In this document: positions 24,968 through 36,382 of the stretch, piece by piece
Position numbering within the stretch: position 1 is the stretch's first letter
Layout: every line of letters begins with the position of its first letter
DNA from: Eledone cirrhosa
Lineage: Eukaryota
Direction: 5' to 3'
Length of the DNA stretch: 64,000 nucleotides
NCBI GenBank assembly: GCA_964016885.1
Contig: OZ024742.1
Location: forward strand, 6,324,001-6,388,000
Notes under the pieces: model-generated
Told to the model about the DNA's origin: nothing
Seen by the model: only the letters and a program-made list of their open reading frames with translations
The model's database searches: none
Program-made: the position numbers and the translations under genes

Positions 24968-25292
24968 AACTACGATCGACTTATACATGAGATAGATGGA
25001 ACTATGATCGATTTATACATGAGATACTAGGAACTATGATGGACTCATACATGAGATACTGTGAAATATGATCGAATTATACATGAGATACATGGAAATA
25101 TGATCGGCTTATACATGAAATACATTGAACTACGATCGACTTATACATGTGATATATGTAACTATGATCGACTTATATATGAGGTATATGTAACTATGAT
25201 CGACTTATACATGAGATACTAGGAACTATGGTCGATTTATACATGTGATACTTGGAACTACGATCGACTTATACATGACCATCATGGAACTA
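24968..25292. repeat. 32-bp minisatellite, ~10 copies
   Basis: Consensus approximately actatgatcgacttatacatgagatacwwgga, starting at 24969, 25001, 25033 and onward. Confidence 0.9.
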
Positions 25293-25408
25293 TAGCCCCC
25301 ACTCTCAAGTGTGAAACTAATACTAATATTATTTGTACTGCCTCTTCGTTTTTCTGTTTTTTTGTTCTCTGTTTATTTATTAAACTATATATATATATAT
25401 ATATAAAT

Positions 25409-25613
25409 AAATAGGAAAAATTATGAACCCGACGGCAGAGCTCAATCCGTTTCATCGGCTATATCAGGACGAAATAGTCCAGAAATAGCCGTCGAAACGG
25501 CTTGAGCTCTGCCGTCGGAGTCATACTTTTTCCTATTACCCACTCTACTACCCTAAGTATTGAGTACTCTGGTGCGTTAAGGTCTATCTGGTTCTTTACC
25601 ACAACTTCTTCGT
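25409..25613. mobile_element. Fold-back PLE-type terminus, family E copy 2
   Basis: ~25409-25463 is inverted at ~25483-25536, followed by a tail with GAGTACTC (25562). Homologous to 16882-17044. A 3' half-hammerhead (ggac/gtcc-aGAAA..TC) may remain. Confidence 0.7.
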
Positions 25614-26348
25614 TATATATATATGTGTGTGAGAAAAACCACAGACCCTCCATCTCAACTCTACTTTTGAAAAGCAGAAGAACTGCGAAACCGGTAAAGG
25701 AACCAAATAAATATATATATTTAAAAAAAAATAAGACTCCAGTTGCATTTTCGATTTCATCTTTTTTTCTTTATACTTTCACTCGTGTAGGACACCTCGG
25801 TTATTTTTCATTTTGTAAAAAAAACCTCCCTTTCTAATATATATATATATATATACAGTATATATATATAAATAAAAAATAAAATATATATATATATATA
25901 TATATTTAATTATTTATTTATCAACGCTAACAAATGGGTCTTGTTACTCATCAGACAAGAACTCAATATCACGTACGAATATATAAATATATATGTATGT
26001 ATAAGAAAATCTGCTTCGTAGAATCAAGACGTATCTGAGAACCTTGCGATTTTCAGAGTCAGGTTCGATCATCTAATCGATAGTGCCTCGAGCTGGTCGC
26101 CAGAGAAACGATTGTAACATGTCCAATAAATTCCATTCGTCGCAACACTGATTCTCTTTTTTTTCTGTGATATCATACTCTGCTCTATGAGAGCATCGAG
26201 TGCTCAAGCGGCCTACCGCATACGGACGCTTTAAGCGTTGAAAAAAATGAAAACGAAATTTCATTTCTCACTCTTAGTATGGCACTTACTTAAATGTAAG
26301 TATGTATGTATACGTACATACATATATGTATACAGACGTACAGTAGCA

Positions 26349-26414
<66 letters not shown>

Positions 26415-26565
26415 CAGGTACACATACATATATGCACGCATCAGTTTAGCGGACGCTTATTATAACGCCGCTTTGTTCGTTTGTCAACAAACTGAACAGC
26501 CTGAATTTATGCCATACGGTGTTAAGGTAACCACGTCACCTTTTTGTTCAACACTGACACAGGAA

Positions 26566-26606
26566 CGATGTACTAGTTTCAAGCTTGTTAGCTATCATCA
26601 GCACCG
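26566..26606 (-). ncRNA. Minimal type I hammerhead ribozyme (array unit, minus arm)
   Basis: cggtg-CTGATGA-tagct/aaca/agctt-GAAA-ctag-TA-catcg. Confidence 0.82.
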
Positions 26607-26992
26607 TTTACCCATCTGCCAGATAGTTGAACGTTCGAAAGTATATACTTTCCTTATGAAAATTAACGGCTGAGCAGCCTAATTTGCACAATGAGTAAGT
26701 TAAATCGGTCAGGCATACCGAAAACGATAAGTTGAAAAAAATGAAAACGAAATTTCATTTCTCACTCTTAGTATGGCACTTACTTAAATGCTGGCACTTA
26801 CTTAGCTGATGATAGCTAACAAGCTTGAAACTAGTACATCGTTCCTGTGTCAGTGTTGAACAAAAAGGTGACGTGGTTGCCTTAACACCGTATGGCATAA
26901 ATTCAGGCTGTTCAGTTTGTTGACAAACGAACAAAGCGGCGTTATAATAAGCGTCCGCTAAACTGATGCGTGCATATATGTATGTGTACCTG

Positions 26993-27034
<42 letters not shown>

Positions 27035-27269
27035 TGCTACTGTACGTCTGTATACATATATGTATGTACGTATACATACATACTTACATTTAAGTAAGTG
27101 CCATACAAGAATGAGAAATGAAATTTCGTTTTCATTTTTTTCAACTTATCGTTTTCGGTATGCCTGACCGATTTAACTCACTCATTATGCAAATTAGGCT
27201 GCTCAGTCGTTAATTTTCATAAGGAAAGTATATACTTTCGAACGTTCAACTATCTGGCAGATGGGTAAA

Positions 27270-27310
27270 CGGTGCTGATGATAGCTAACAAGCTTGAAAC
27301 TAGTACATCG
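27270..27310 (+). ncRNA. Minimal type I hammerhead ribozyme (array unit); a copy at 26805-26841 has lost most of the 5' strand of stem I
   Basis: Stem I cggtg/catcg, stem II agct/agct, palindromic CTAG stem III, GUA cleavage triplet. Confidence 0.82.
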
Positions 27311-27464
27311 TTCCTGTGTCAGTGTTGAACAAAAAGGTGACGTGGTTGCCTTAACACCGTATGGCATAAATTCAGCTGTTCAGTTTGTTGACAAACGAAC
27401 AAAGCGGCGTTATAATAAGCGTCCGCTAAACTGATGCGTGCATATATGTATGTGTACCTGTATG

Positions 27465-27506
<42 letters not shown>

Positions 27507-27677
27507 TGCATGCTACTGTACGTCTGTATACATATATGTATGTACGTATACATACATACTTACATTTATATATATATATATATATGTATGTATGTAAAAA
27601 GTAAACAGAAATAACAACACAATCGGTACAGTATATGGAAGGGATATATTAGGTTAACTCTTGATATAGCAGGAAGA

Positions 27678-27715
27678 GGGTCTTAACGTTTCGGGCGCTA
27701 GTCTTTCATCAGAAA
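27678..27715 (-). ncRNA. Degenerate hammerhead-like motif in a short repeat fragment
   Basis: CTGATGA-aagactagcgccc-GAAA-cgt-TA-aga with weak stems. Confidence 0.45.
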
Positions 27716-27790
27716 AAAAGAATGAGAAATAAGATAGATTGAGGCGATGGGAGGATGGAATTGAAAAACATGTCTTTAGATAAAAATAAC

Positions 27791-27840
<50 letters not shown>

Positions 27841-27859
27841 TCTATTATGTGTTCCAGCC

Positions 27860-29773
27860 AGATCTACCCAGCGTTGCTCGGGATTTGAAATTATGCTAAG
27901 AATATACAGCTAGGAAGTAAAAGAAGAACATTATTTGTCCCCAACCTGTCAAAATAAGCAAAAGTCTTCAATAATTAATGCAAACGAATATTTAGTGCAA
28001 TCTTTGTACACATAAAACTATGTTGATAATGAAGGAAAACACTGAACAGGATGTAGTTATACAAATCTTTAAAGACAATACACGTTGCAAATCTCTAAAA
28101 AAAACAGGCAGTTTTGCTAAAGTACAAAAAATTGTAATGAAAGCAGAGTTGTATACAAACAAAAAACAATGAGAGTAGAATAAGAGAAAATCTATTCTTT
28201 GAGAGCATCCTTTGCTGTCTATGGTTAAATTTTGAACTTATAATCCAAAATATCCTGCATGACATATTCATTGGTATGTTTTGTAATGAGTAAGGTGAAG
28301 TCAAGGCAGAGCTGTAATAAGTTATTTTGTTAACACTAAATACTTCAGGATAGACGATATTCTTTGTTTTTCTTTTCGGAACAAACGCAAAGAGATTATC
28401 TCGACTGCCAACTCGTGAGCAGGCAACGTAGAATTGTCCGTGCGAAAAGCAAAGTTCATCCAAGTGAATTCCAATGACGGACAGAGTTTGACCTTGCGAC
28501 TTATTTATGGACATCGCAAAGGCAACACGAAGGGGAAATTGGGTTCGGCAAAAGGAGAAGGGAATATCCACGCCTGATGTAGTCAGGGTAATTTTTGTTA
28601 TTATCACATCCTCGCCTTTTCCACATCCGGATAGAATGGTAGCGTCAATACTAAGTGGAGACAGTTTTTTAACCACAAGGCGTGTACCATTGCATAGTTT
28701 TGGAGGAGTGATATTTCTCAGCAAAATAACTGGCGTTGCCTCTTTCAGAACCAATGTATTAGGAGGTAAACCAGGAGGATTTAAAGAATTTAGAAATTCA
28801 ACTGGATAGTTGACCGCATCCTGTGGATCACATACAGTATCAATAGATTTATATATCCGTGGACATCCAGGAAGAATCCTGTTCAGTATGTTCCTTCATT
28901 GTCAAAAATGTTTGATGTGTACGAATACAGCTGGAAGCATAGATAATGGCTGCCTCAAATGTGGACGAAATTACTTTAAAAATGTAAAAGTTGTAGGTCC
29001 AAATGTTTTGAATGGAAAGTCCCATAAGGATTGTTCTAAAAATAAACAAACCATCATCAAAATCTCTTCAATTCGAGACTGCTGCGAGATTAGGCCCTTA
29101 CCGCGAAAATTAACACTTAATATATTTAAACAAGTTAAAACAACAAGTGTTTTTTTAACTTTGAAAGTGCAACAAATTTTTTTTTGTATCAACATGGCTT
29201 ATGAAAGTTTAAAAAATATAAAAGTTGTAAGTCCCAATGGTTTGAATGGAAAGTCCCAAAACGATTGTTCTAAAAATAAACAAACCACCATCAAAATCTC
29301 GTCAATTCAAGACTGCTGCGAGATTAGGTCCTTAATGCGAAAATTAAGACTTAATATAGTGAAACAAGTTAAAAAAACAAGTGTTTTTTAAACTTTGAAA
29401 GTGCAACAAAGAATAAACAAGAAACAAACGATAATATTAGTGATTTATCTTCAAATGAATCTGATGTTTATATTTCTGAAATTTCGTCCGACGATGATTG
29501 TTGTTTTAAAATTGAAAACGAAGGTCTCCATATCTCACTCTCTTTATAAGGATTGTCAATAAAGTTGGTTATCTCCCTTACATCAATTTTGCTACCGATA
29601 ATTTTGATATCGATTTGTTATTGCTCAACGTGGGTCGATTGGAACAATGCTTGTAATGTGACCATCTTAGCGACCTGTGCAACGTGCTCAGAAAATTTGG
29701 TCAAATTCGGTTGGTAATTGTAAAAGCCTTAGGTATCCAAAGTTGTACACAGACACACACACATCCTCGCTTT

Positions 29774-29775
<2 letters not shown>
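27860..29775. mobile_element. Internally deleted Helitron/Helentron-like element
   Basis: Subterminal hairpin acccagcgttgctcggg at ~27866. Contains a PIF1 helicase fragment and an internal 234-bp tandem duplication (~28970-29410). The other end reads aaaatttggtcaaattcgg...cacatcctcgcttttatatat, resembling non-autonomous rolling-circle element ends (from memory). Confidence 0.7.
28337..28870 (-). pseudogene. Helitron RepHel PIF1-family helicase C-terminal fragment
   Basis: YPVEFLNSL..PGLPP..LVLK..TPVILLRN..PPKLCNGTRL, QFPLRVAFAMSINKSQGQTL, FSHGQFYVACSRV and TKNIVYPEV. Confidence 0.92.
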
Positions 29776-29812
<37 letters not shown>

Positions 29813-30129
29813 GACTCTATTATGTGTTCCAGCCGACAGGCTAAGGCCATGCTGGGTCACCACTATTATATATATGATGTTTGTGAAAAGTGTGAGAACC
29901 AATTGTCAAAGTCAATTGAGAGTGAGTATTAGCTTCCAACACATTATATCAACTAAATAATAAATTGATGATCTTATTTGTGAGACAGCCAAAGTAACTA
30001 AAACTTACAAAAATAAGTTTGGCATAAATCGATACTTATATATTATTCAAAGTAAAGTAATCGAAGGGTAATTTTTTTAACAATAACGGATCATTTGCTT
30101 GATGGTTTCGCAGCAAAAATACGATTTAA

Positions 30130-30174
<45 letters not shown>

Positions 30175-30177
<3 letters not shown>

Positions 30178-30278
30178 GTACACTGGGAGGTTATATCCTA
30201 GTGGTAGAGCACTCTGTCTATGGGACGAGATAGGTGAAACAATTGTTCAGGTATGGTGAACTAACTGTTGTGTAACCA

Positions 30279-30280
<2 letters not shown>
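30175..30280. mobile_element. Rearranged (inverted) mini-terminus of the family at 36058-36380
   Basis: 30181-30234 matches 36069-36123 directly. 30235-30280 is the reverse complement of ~36128-36174. Confidence 0.65.
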
Positions 30281-30364
<84 letters not shown>

Positions 30365-30370
<6 letters not shown>

Positions 30371-31545
30371 ACTAGAAACTGATTAACATATATAAACATG
30401 AATAATCACAGGAGATCATTTTTACAAGCGTGTAACCACGCATAGCTAGTTGGGTAACAAATAAATAGATACCTTTAAATATGATTAATCTTCCCTGTAT
30501 ATATTCCATTAAAGAAATATATTTCACCAATTAATCAGATGGTAAGTCACGGAAAGTGGATATTATTGGATTATCAACAAGGAAGAATAATGTCCAGCCA
30601 TCCATGCTTACACAGCGAGTTCAAATCTTCAACTGGCCGCTACCACGTGTTGCTCTTACACATGACAGCAGTCTCGTCTCAGTGGCGTGAATAGGTATTC
30701 GACAACTAGAAACAGCAGTCTATTCCCTTCAACAGAATTAGCTCTACAATTAAGGAGCCGTATTTATATATCTATATCCAAAATTAAGATAAATTAAATG
30801 AATTTAATCCAAATCGAAATTGTAGGTGTCATGCCATAACGGCGTGCGCCATATCGCCCGGAAATAAGCTCAAAGATAGGTCCGAGCATTTTATAATAAC
30901 TAGAAATTGATTAACATATATAAACATGAATAATCACAGGGGATATTTTTTACAAGCGTGTAACCACGCATAGCTAGTTGGGTAACAAATAAATAGATAC
31001 CTTTTAATATGATTAATCTTCCCTGTATATATTCCATTAAAGAAATATATTTCACCAATTAATCAGATGGTAAGTCACGGAAAGTGGATATTATTGGATT
31101 ATCAACAAGGAAGAATAATGTCCAGTCATGTGTAAGAGCAACACGTGGTAGCGGCCAGTTGAAAATTTGAACTCGCTGTGTAAGCATGGATGGCTGGACA
31201 TTATTCTTCCTTGTTGATAATCCAATAATATCCACTTTCCGTGACTTACCATCTGATTAATTGGTGAAATATATTTCTTTAATGGAATATATACAGGGAA
31301 GATTAATCATATTTAAAGGTATCTATTTATTTGTTACCCAACTAGCTATGCGTGGTTACACGCTTGTAAAAATGATCTCCTGTGATTATTCATGTTTATA
31401 TATGTTAATCAATTTCTAGTTATTATAAAATGCTCGGACCTATCTTTGAGCTTATTTCCGGGCGATATGGCGCACGCCGTTATGGCATGACACCCACAAT
31501 TTCGATTTGGATTAAATTCATTTAATTTATCTTAATTTTGGATAT
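30365..31545. mobile_element. Non-coding partial-tandem (528-bp period) plus inverted element, PLE-type architecture
   Basis: actagaaa recurs at 30371 and 30899. 31125-31545 is an inverted copy ending with the tail. (TA)n on both sides. Confidence 0.82.
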
Positions 31546-31704
31546 ATATATATATATGTATATTTATGTATACAGTACATACATGCATATATATATAAAT
31601 ATATATAGCTCTACACTTCGACACAGAAGTGAACCTAAACATCGAGTGCTCACCCGGGTGAACCTACAGTAACTCCAAGTTACACTCCCTAAATATATAT
31701 ATAT

Positions 31705-32520
31705 ATCTCCTCTTCCGACCACCGCTTCTTGGATTACCCACACGCGTTTTGACTTCTCACCAAAATCTCCATACATCCGTGTAACTTACCACTTTTCAAC
31801 CACCCTCTTACACCACCACCTATATAACTCACCCCCACACACACACCCCAAAACAAATTTTTTTTATCCACACGCCACCCACACCCACAACACGCTTAAA
31901 CCACACACACGTGCTTCCCACCACATATTTACACCCTCAACCCCCTGATTCCTCTCCCCCCACCCCCCTATCCACACACGCACAGACCCTCCGACCCACA
32001 AAAACACCCCCCACACACACCTTCCTGAACATGCAACCCCGTTCTTCCCCCAACCCTCACTTTCACATACACACACACGCACACACACACACGCACACCT
32101 AACCACACACACCACCTTCAGCCCTCCCCGCTCGGACACCCCGTCTCCCTCTCCCCACTCCACCCGCCACCACCTCTACTCACCCCACACCCTTCCACCA
32201 CCTGTTTACCCCCCTTTTAATTTCAGTTTATTTTGATCATGCCTTTATTTTTAAATTTTCTCATTCCTTGTATTTTGATCATGCTTTATTTTTATTTATT
32301 ATTTATTATATTTTTGTCTTTATTTGTTAATTTTTCATTCGCACCGTTTCCTTTCGCTATATGTCTCTCCACCACTCCCCTACACACCTTTTGAACTCTC
32401 ACCTGAAGAAGGGCTTATGCCCGAAACGTCGTCCCCCACCTACCCCCCACTCTCCTGAGCGTGAATTTAATAAACATTTGTCGTACTGCCTCTCTGTTCT
32501 GTCCCTGTTCAATTTTTCAT
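31705..32520 (+). mobile_element. Dispersed pLTR-like repeat with hammerhead-like core (32403-32433)
   Basis: Homologous to 14025-14990. Core CTGAAGA-a-gggc/ttat/gccc-GAAA-cgtcg-TC. A related core lies on the minus strand at 34897-34927. Confidence 0.7.
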
Positions 32521-32589
32521 TATATATATATATATATATATATATTAATTCAAAATATTAACAAAATAGATATTCTTGTGATCAAATAT

Positions 32590-32654
32590 ATTTTATTATA
32601 CATATTTCAGAGGTACTGATTTAAGTTCAATAGTACGTCCTCATCAGATAAAAT
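32590..32654 (-). ncRNA. Type I hammerhead ribozyme ending an AT-rich PLE-type 3' region (~32545-34430)
   Basis: attttat-CTGATGA-ggacgtact..agtacctct-GAAA-tatgta-TA-ataaaat. Perfect 7-bp stem I; similar to the family C ribozyme. Confidence 0.85.
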
Positions 32655-34431
32655 AAGATGATGCATGACATACCCTGACATAGTAGATGGTTAATATTCA
32701 GTCATGGTAATGATTAACATATGACAAAACTCAATATTTATACCCTAATATTGAGAACATGAGAAAAATATATAATACAAACAATAGAGAGGCTGCGTGT
32801 AATACAGCTTAACAAATACATGGCATCAATATAACAGTTAATAACATTTTTTTAAAACTACTGAAGAAAGAGGAAAGAAAGGAAGGCATAGAGGAAGAAA
32901 CAGCTGATGGGATAATATAGTTAGTAGGTGGCTCGAAAAAACAAATGAGAGATGATTAAAGAGAGAGAGAGAGACAAAGGGGAGTAATTTATGTTCAAGT
33001 TTATAAACAATTTTCCGTATATGCAATATATATCCAAACTTACTTAGATGACCGTTAATATTCAAAATATTTAATTTAAGTTATTTCAGAGTAATGAGTA
33101 ATATTTTAGGTTTTAAAAGTTAATAGGTATTTGTATTAATATTATACTATCAAGTTTAATTTCTAAAATTCAAATTTTATGAAAACAAAAGGATTTACGA
33201 AACACGAGAGAGAAAATATATAATGCTTTTATACCCTCCCGAAGGTAATCTTTACCAAAATTATTTATAATATTGACAACAGTTTATATAATATAATTTA
33301 TAAAATAATTATAGTTATAATTATTAAAGAATTTATGATTAAACACTTTGAGTGCCTAAAGGATCAACCGGCCTTATAACTAAACTTAAAGAGGTCTGAA
33401 TTTTGAATTATATATATGTGTTAATCAAAAATGCATAAGGATTATAATGTCTATAGACGTAAGGTGATACCTTTCAAATATATATAATATAACAAAATAC
33501 AATAATACAATATAGTAAATAAGTTACTGAAAATATTGTTTAAAAATATATATAGTTAACATATATTGTTAAAAAATTAATGTTTTATATCAATTATTTT
33601 CATTTAGTTGATATATACTATAAATATATAATTCAAAACTACATAAGTCCTAATGATAGGGGCTAGATACAAAATAAATATAAAAGTAAAAAATAAAAAT
33701 AATGAATTGTTTGCGAAACTTAAAAATGACCAATATTAAAAATATATTATAAAATGTAATATGGTTTTAATATAAAGTAGACAAAAGATACGTCTAAAAT
33801 ATTTTAGCGAATGTGATAGAAAGAGGAGCTAAATATTTGAAAAAGCCGAAGGTAATCTAAATTTAAATTTAATTAAAATAAATTAAATTACATTAAATTA
33901 TATTAAATTAAGTAAAAATCATTATAAATTCGAATTTCCAGGGAATATCAAACACTTATAACAATATAGAGTCATTTGAGTATCTAAATTATTTATAAAT
34001 GTAACTACGAGTATGTTATTACACTAGATAAACATATTTGTAAACTATATATAGATATTATTATAGATATTAATGAAACGGTATACATTTAATAAATAAA
34101 TAATTATAATCATTATTAGTAATGCTAGAATTGTAGTTTTACCTCTAGTTCAGTGGAGAAAGAGACCAATATTTGTCGACTGTTATGGTTTGTTATATTT
34201 ATACCTAGATATATATAAAAATAAATAAATGCAAATCTAACTTTCTGAGTCCCCAAAACATACTCAAAAGGAATAAAATATATAAACGCGTGAATGATCT
34301 ACAGTTCAATTATAATCGGTAAATTTACAAGTTGAATATTCAAATTATATATTTAAAACAGAGACAGATACATAAAGATCCGAATCAAAATTATAAATAT
34401 CTAAAATAATCCTAAGGTGTGCATATTTATC

Positions 34432-34762
34432 TATATACAAGAGAGATAAACACAAATATAAACATACATGTGTTCAAGTTGTAAAGGACCATATTTACTA
34501 GGGTGAAAAAATAGCAGTTGCCCAATATAAGTTTGTTCTTCTTTTTCTTGATTTATTACTTTTAATTAAGTCTGGCAAACCATATTGTTATAGTTAGTAT
34601 TTTTTTCACCCTAGTGAACTTCGTCCTTTACATTTCAAACACATGTATGTTTATATTTGTGTTTATATCTCTTGTAAATTCAATTATATTACACGGCTCA
34701 GAAAAACTTCTTTCTTGGAGCTATTTAATTGTAAGAGACTATTTTGAGTTTCTAACTAAATA

Positions 34763-34766
<4 letters not shown>
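34432..34766. repeat. ~78-bp diverged inverted repeat with a one-sided tail
   Basis: 34436-34513 is inverted at 34598-34676. The right arm continues ~90 bp to (TA)n. Confidence 0.65.
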
Positions 34767-34812
<46 letters not shown>

Positions 34813-35047
34813 CTTAAAACAGAAAACAAAAACAATAACGAAGAGTGCAGTACAAAATGTTAGTATTAGGTTCACGCTTGATAGTGGGGGGTAGGGGACG
34901 ACATTTCGGGCATAAGCCCTTCATCAGGAGAAAGGTGGGAAGGAAAAGAGTTCCGAGGGTATGAAGGGGAGTGGTGGAAAGACATTAAAAGGGGGGGGGG
35001 GGTGAAGGGAAGGAAACAAATTAAAAAGAGGGTAAAAAAAATTAAAT

Positions 35048-35110
<63 letters not shown>

Positions 35111-35117
35111 TATATAT

Positions 35118-36035
35118 ATAAAAGACGTAAAATAAGAAAATTATAGTAATTAATTCACTTACTTAAATTTCACACCAACTAATTAGTTTCTGAAAGGGGA
35201 TATATATAGTCTTCAAATGGAGACCATGGAGAATCCTTTCTTCACCAGGGAGTCATTCTCGGCTAAGATTCCTGGCGATACGCGGACACAGGGAACTTAT
35301 ACAAAAATAATTCAGTGGATGGTAAAAAGCTAGCGCGGACTAATTTCCAAGCCATTGAAAACTTCACTGCCTTCATGGTCAGTGGCAAATTCAAAAGAAT
35401 CAATCACGTGACATCGAGGTTACTTAGTGAGAAGTGGAGTGTTAAAAAGACAGTAGCGAAACTAATACTATGAACCATAGTAGTAATTTAGGCAAATTTT
35501 TGCTCAACAAAATAATTTGGAGATAATTATAAAGAATTAGTATATCTACCAACATATTTATACAGATGTATACTTACGCTAGCAAATATATAGGTTTTGT
35601 CTTAGTAACTTTGTGGTTCAATACAAAGAGATGTAGAACAATTTTATAAAAGACGTAAAATAAGAAAATTATAGTAATTAACTCACTTACTTAAATTTCA
35701 CACCAACTAATTAGTTTCTGAAAGGGGATATACATAGTCTTGAAATGGAGACCATGGAGAATCCTTTCTTCATCAGGGAGTCATTCCCGGCTAAGATTCC
35801 TGGTGATACGCAGACACAGGGAACTTATACAAAAATAATTCAGTGGATGGAATAAAGCTAGCGCGGACTAAATTCCAAGCCATTGAAAACTTCACTGCCT
35901 TCCTGGTCAGTTGCAAATTCAAAAGAATCAATCACGTGACATCGAGGTTACTTAGTGAGGAGTGGGGTGTTAAAAAGACAGTAGCGAAACTAATACTACT
36001 GATGATGGACATTCCTGTTTCTCGGTCTATTTTCA
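35118..36035. mobile_element. Non-coding partial tandem: ~350-bp direct repeats, 528-bp period, between (TA)n tracts
   Basis: 35118-35470 is repeated at 35646-35998, followed by a 37-bp extension resembling the minus strand at ~5843-5878. Confidence 0.75.
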
Positions 36036-36158
36036 TATATATATATATATATATATATGGTGGTGGAACACTGGAAGGTAATATCCGTAGTGGTAGAGCA
36101 CTCAGTCCATGGGACGAGTTAGGTAGAAGTGTTTACACAACAGTTAGTTCACCATACT

Positions 36159-36194
36159 GAGAACAATTGTTTCGCCTTAGCGGATCCTCAGCTC
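36159..36194 (-). ncRNA. Minimal hammerhead-like motif in short terminal element 36058-36380
   Basis: gag-CTGAGGA-tccgctaaggc-GAAA-caattg-TT-ctc. Palindromic stem III. Downstream GAGTGCTC, terminal hairpin and (TA)n. Confidence 0.62.
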
Positions 36195-36382
36195 GTAATG
36201 GGCATGGTTATAGGAACAGGACGTACAACCGTACGAACGCGCATGCGCAAACTCGGTCACCTCACACAGGCAATACTAGAATGCGCAGTTATCTCCCTTA
36301 CACCTCTCGCACGCATTCTAGTATTGCCTGTGTGGGGTGACTGGGTTTCTGCGCATGCGCGTTCGTACGGTTGTCCTTCCTG

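Larger units (their letters stand above)
26236..27569. mobile_element. Retrozyme-like non-coding array: ~470-bp hammerhead-bearing unit, tandem and inverted
   Basis: Minus arm 26236-26790 (~1.1 units) and plus arm 26804-27569 (~1.6 units; CTGATGA at 26806 and 27275, period 469). 12-bp duplication tggcacttactt at the inversion junction. Confidence 0.8.

Noticed and set aside
25920-25960. CTGATGA cores at 25947(-), 5865(-), 21126(-), 35770(-) and 35999(+)
   Set aside because: No correctly placed GAAA/UH or stem I, so they were not called as ribozymes.
34515-34595. Minus-strand NNMVCQ..EQTYIGQ resembling a GIY-YIG motif
   Set aside because: Contains a stop, lacks the downstream R/H/E residues and sits in a short inverted-repeat spacer; not distinguishable from chance.
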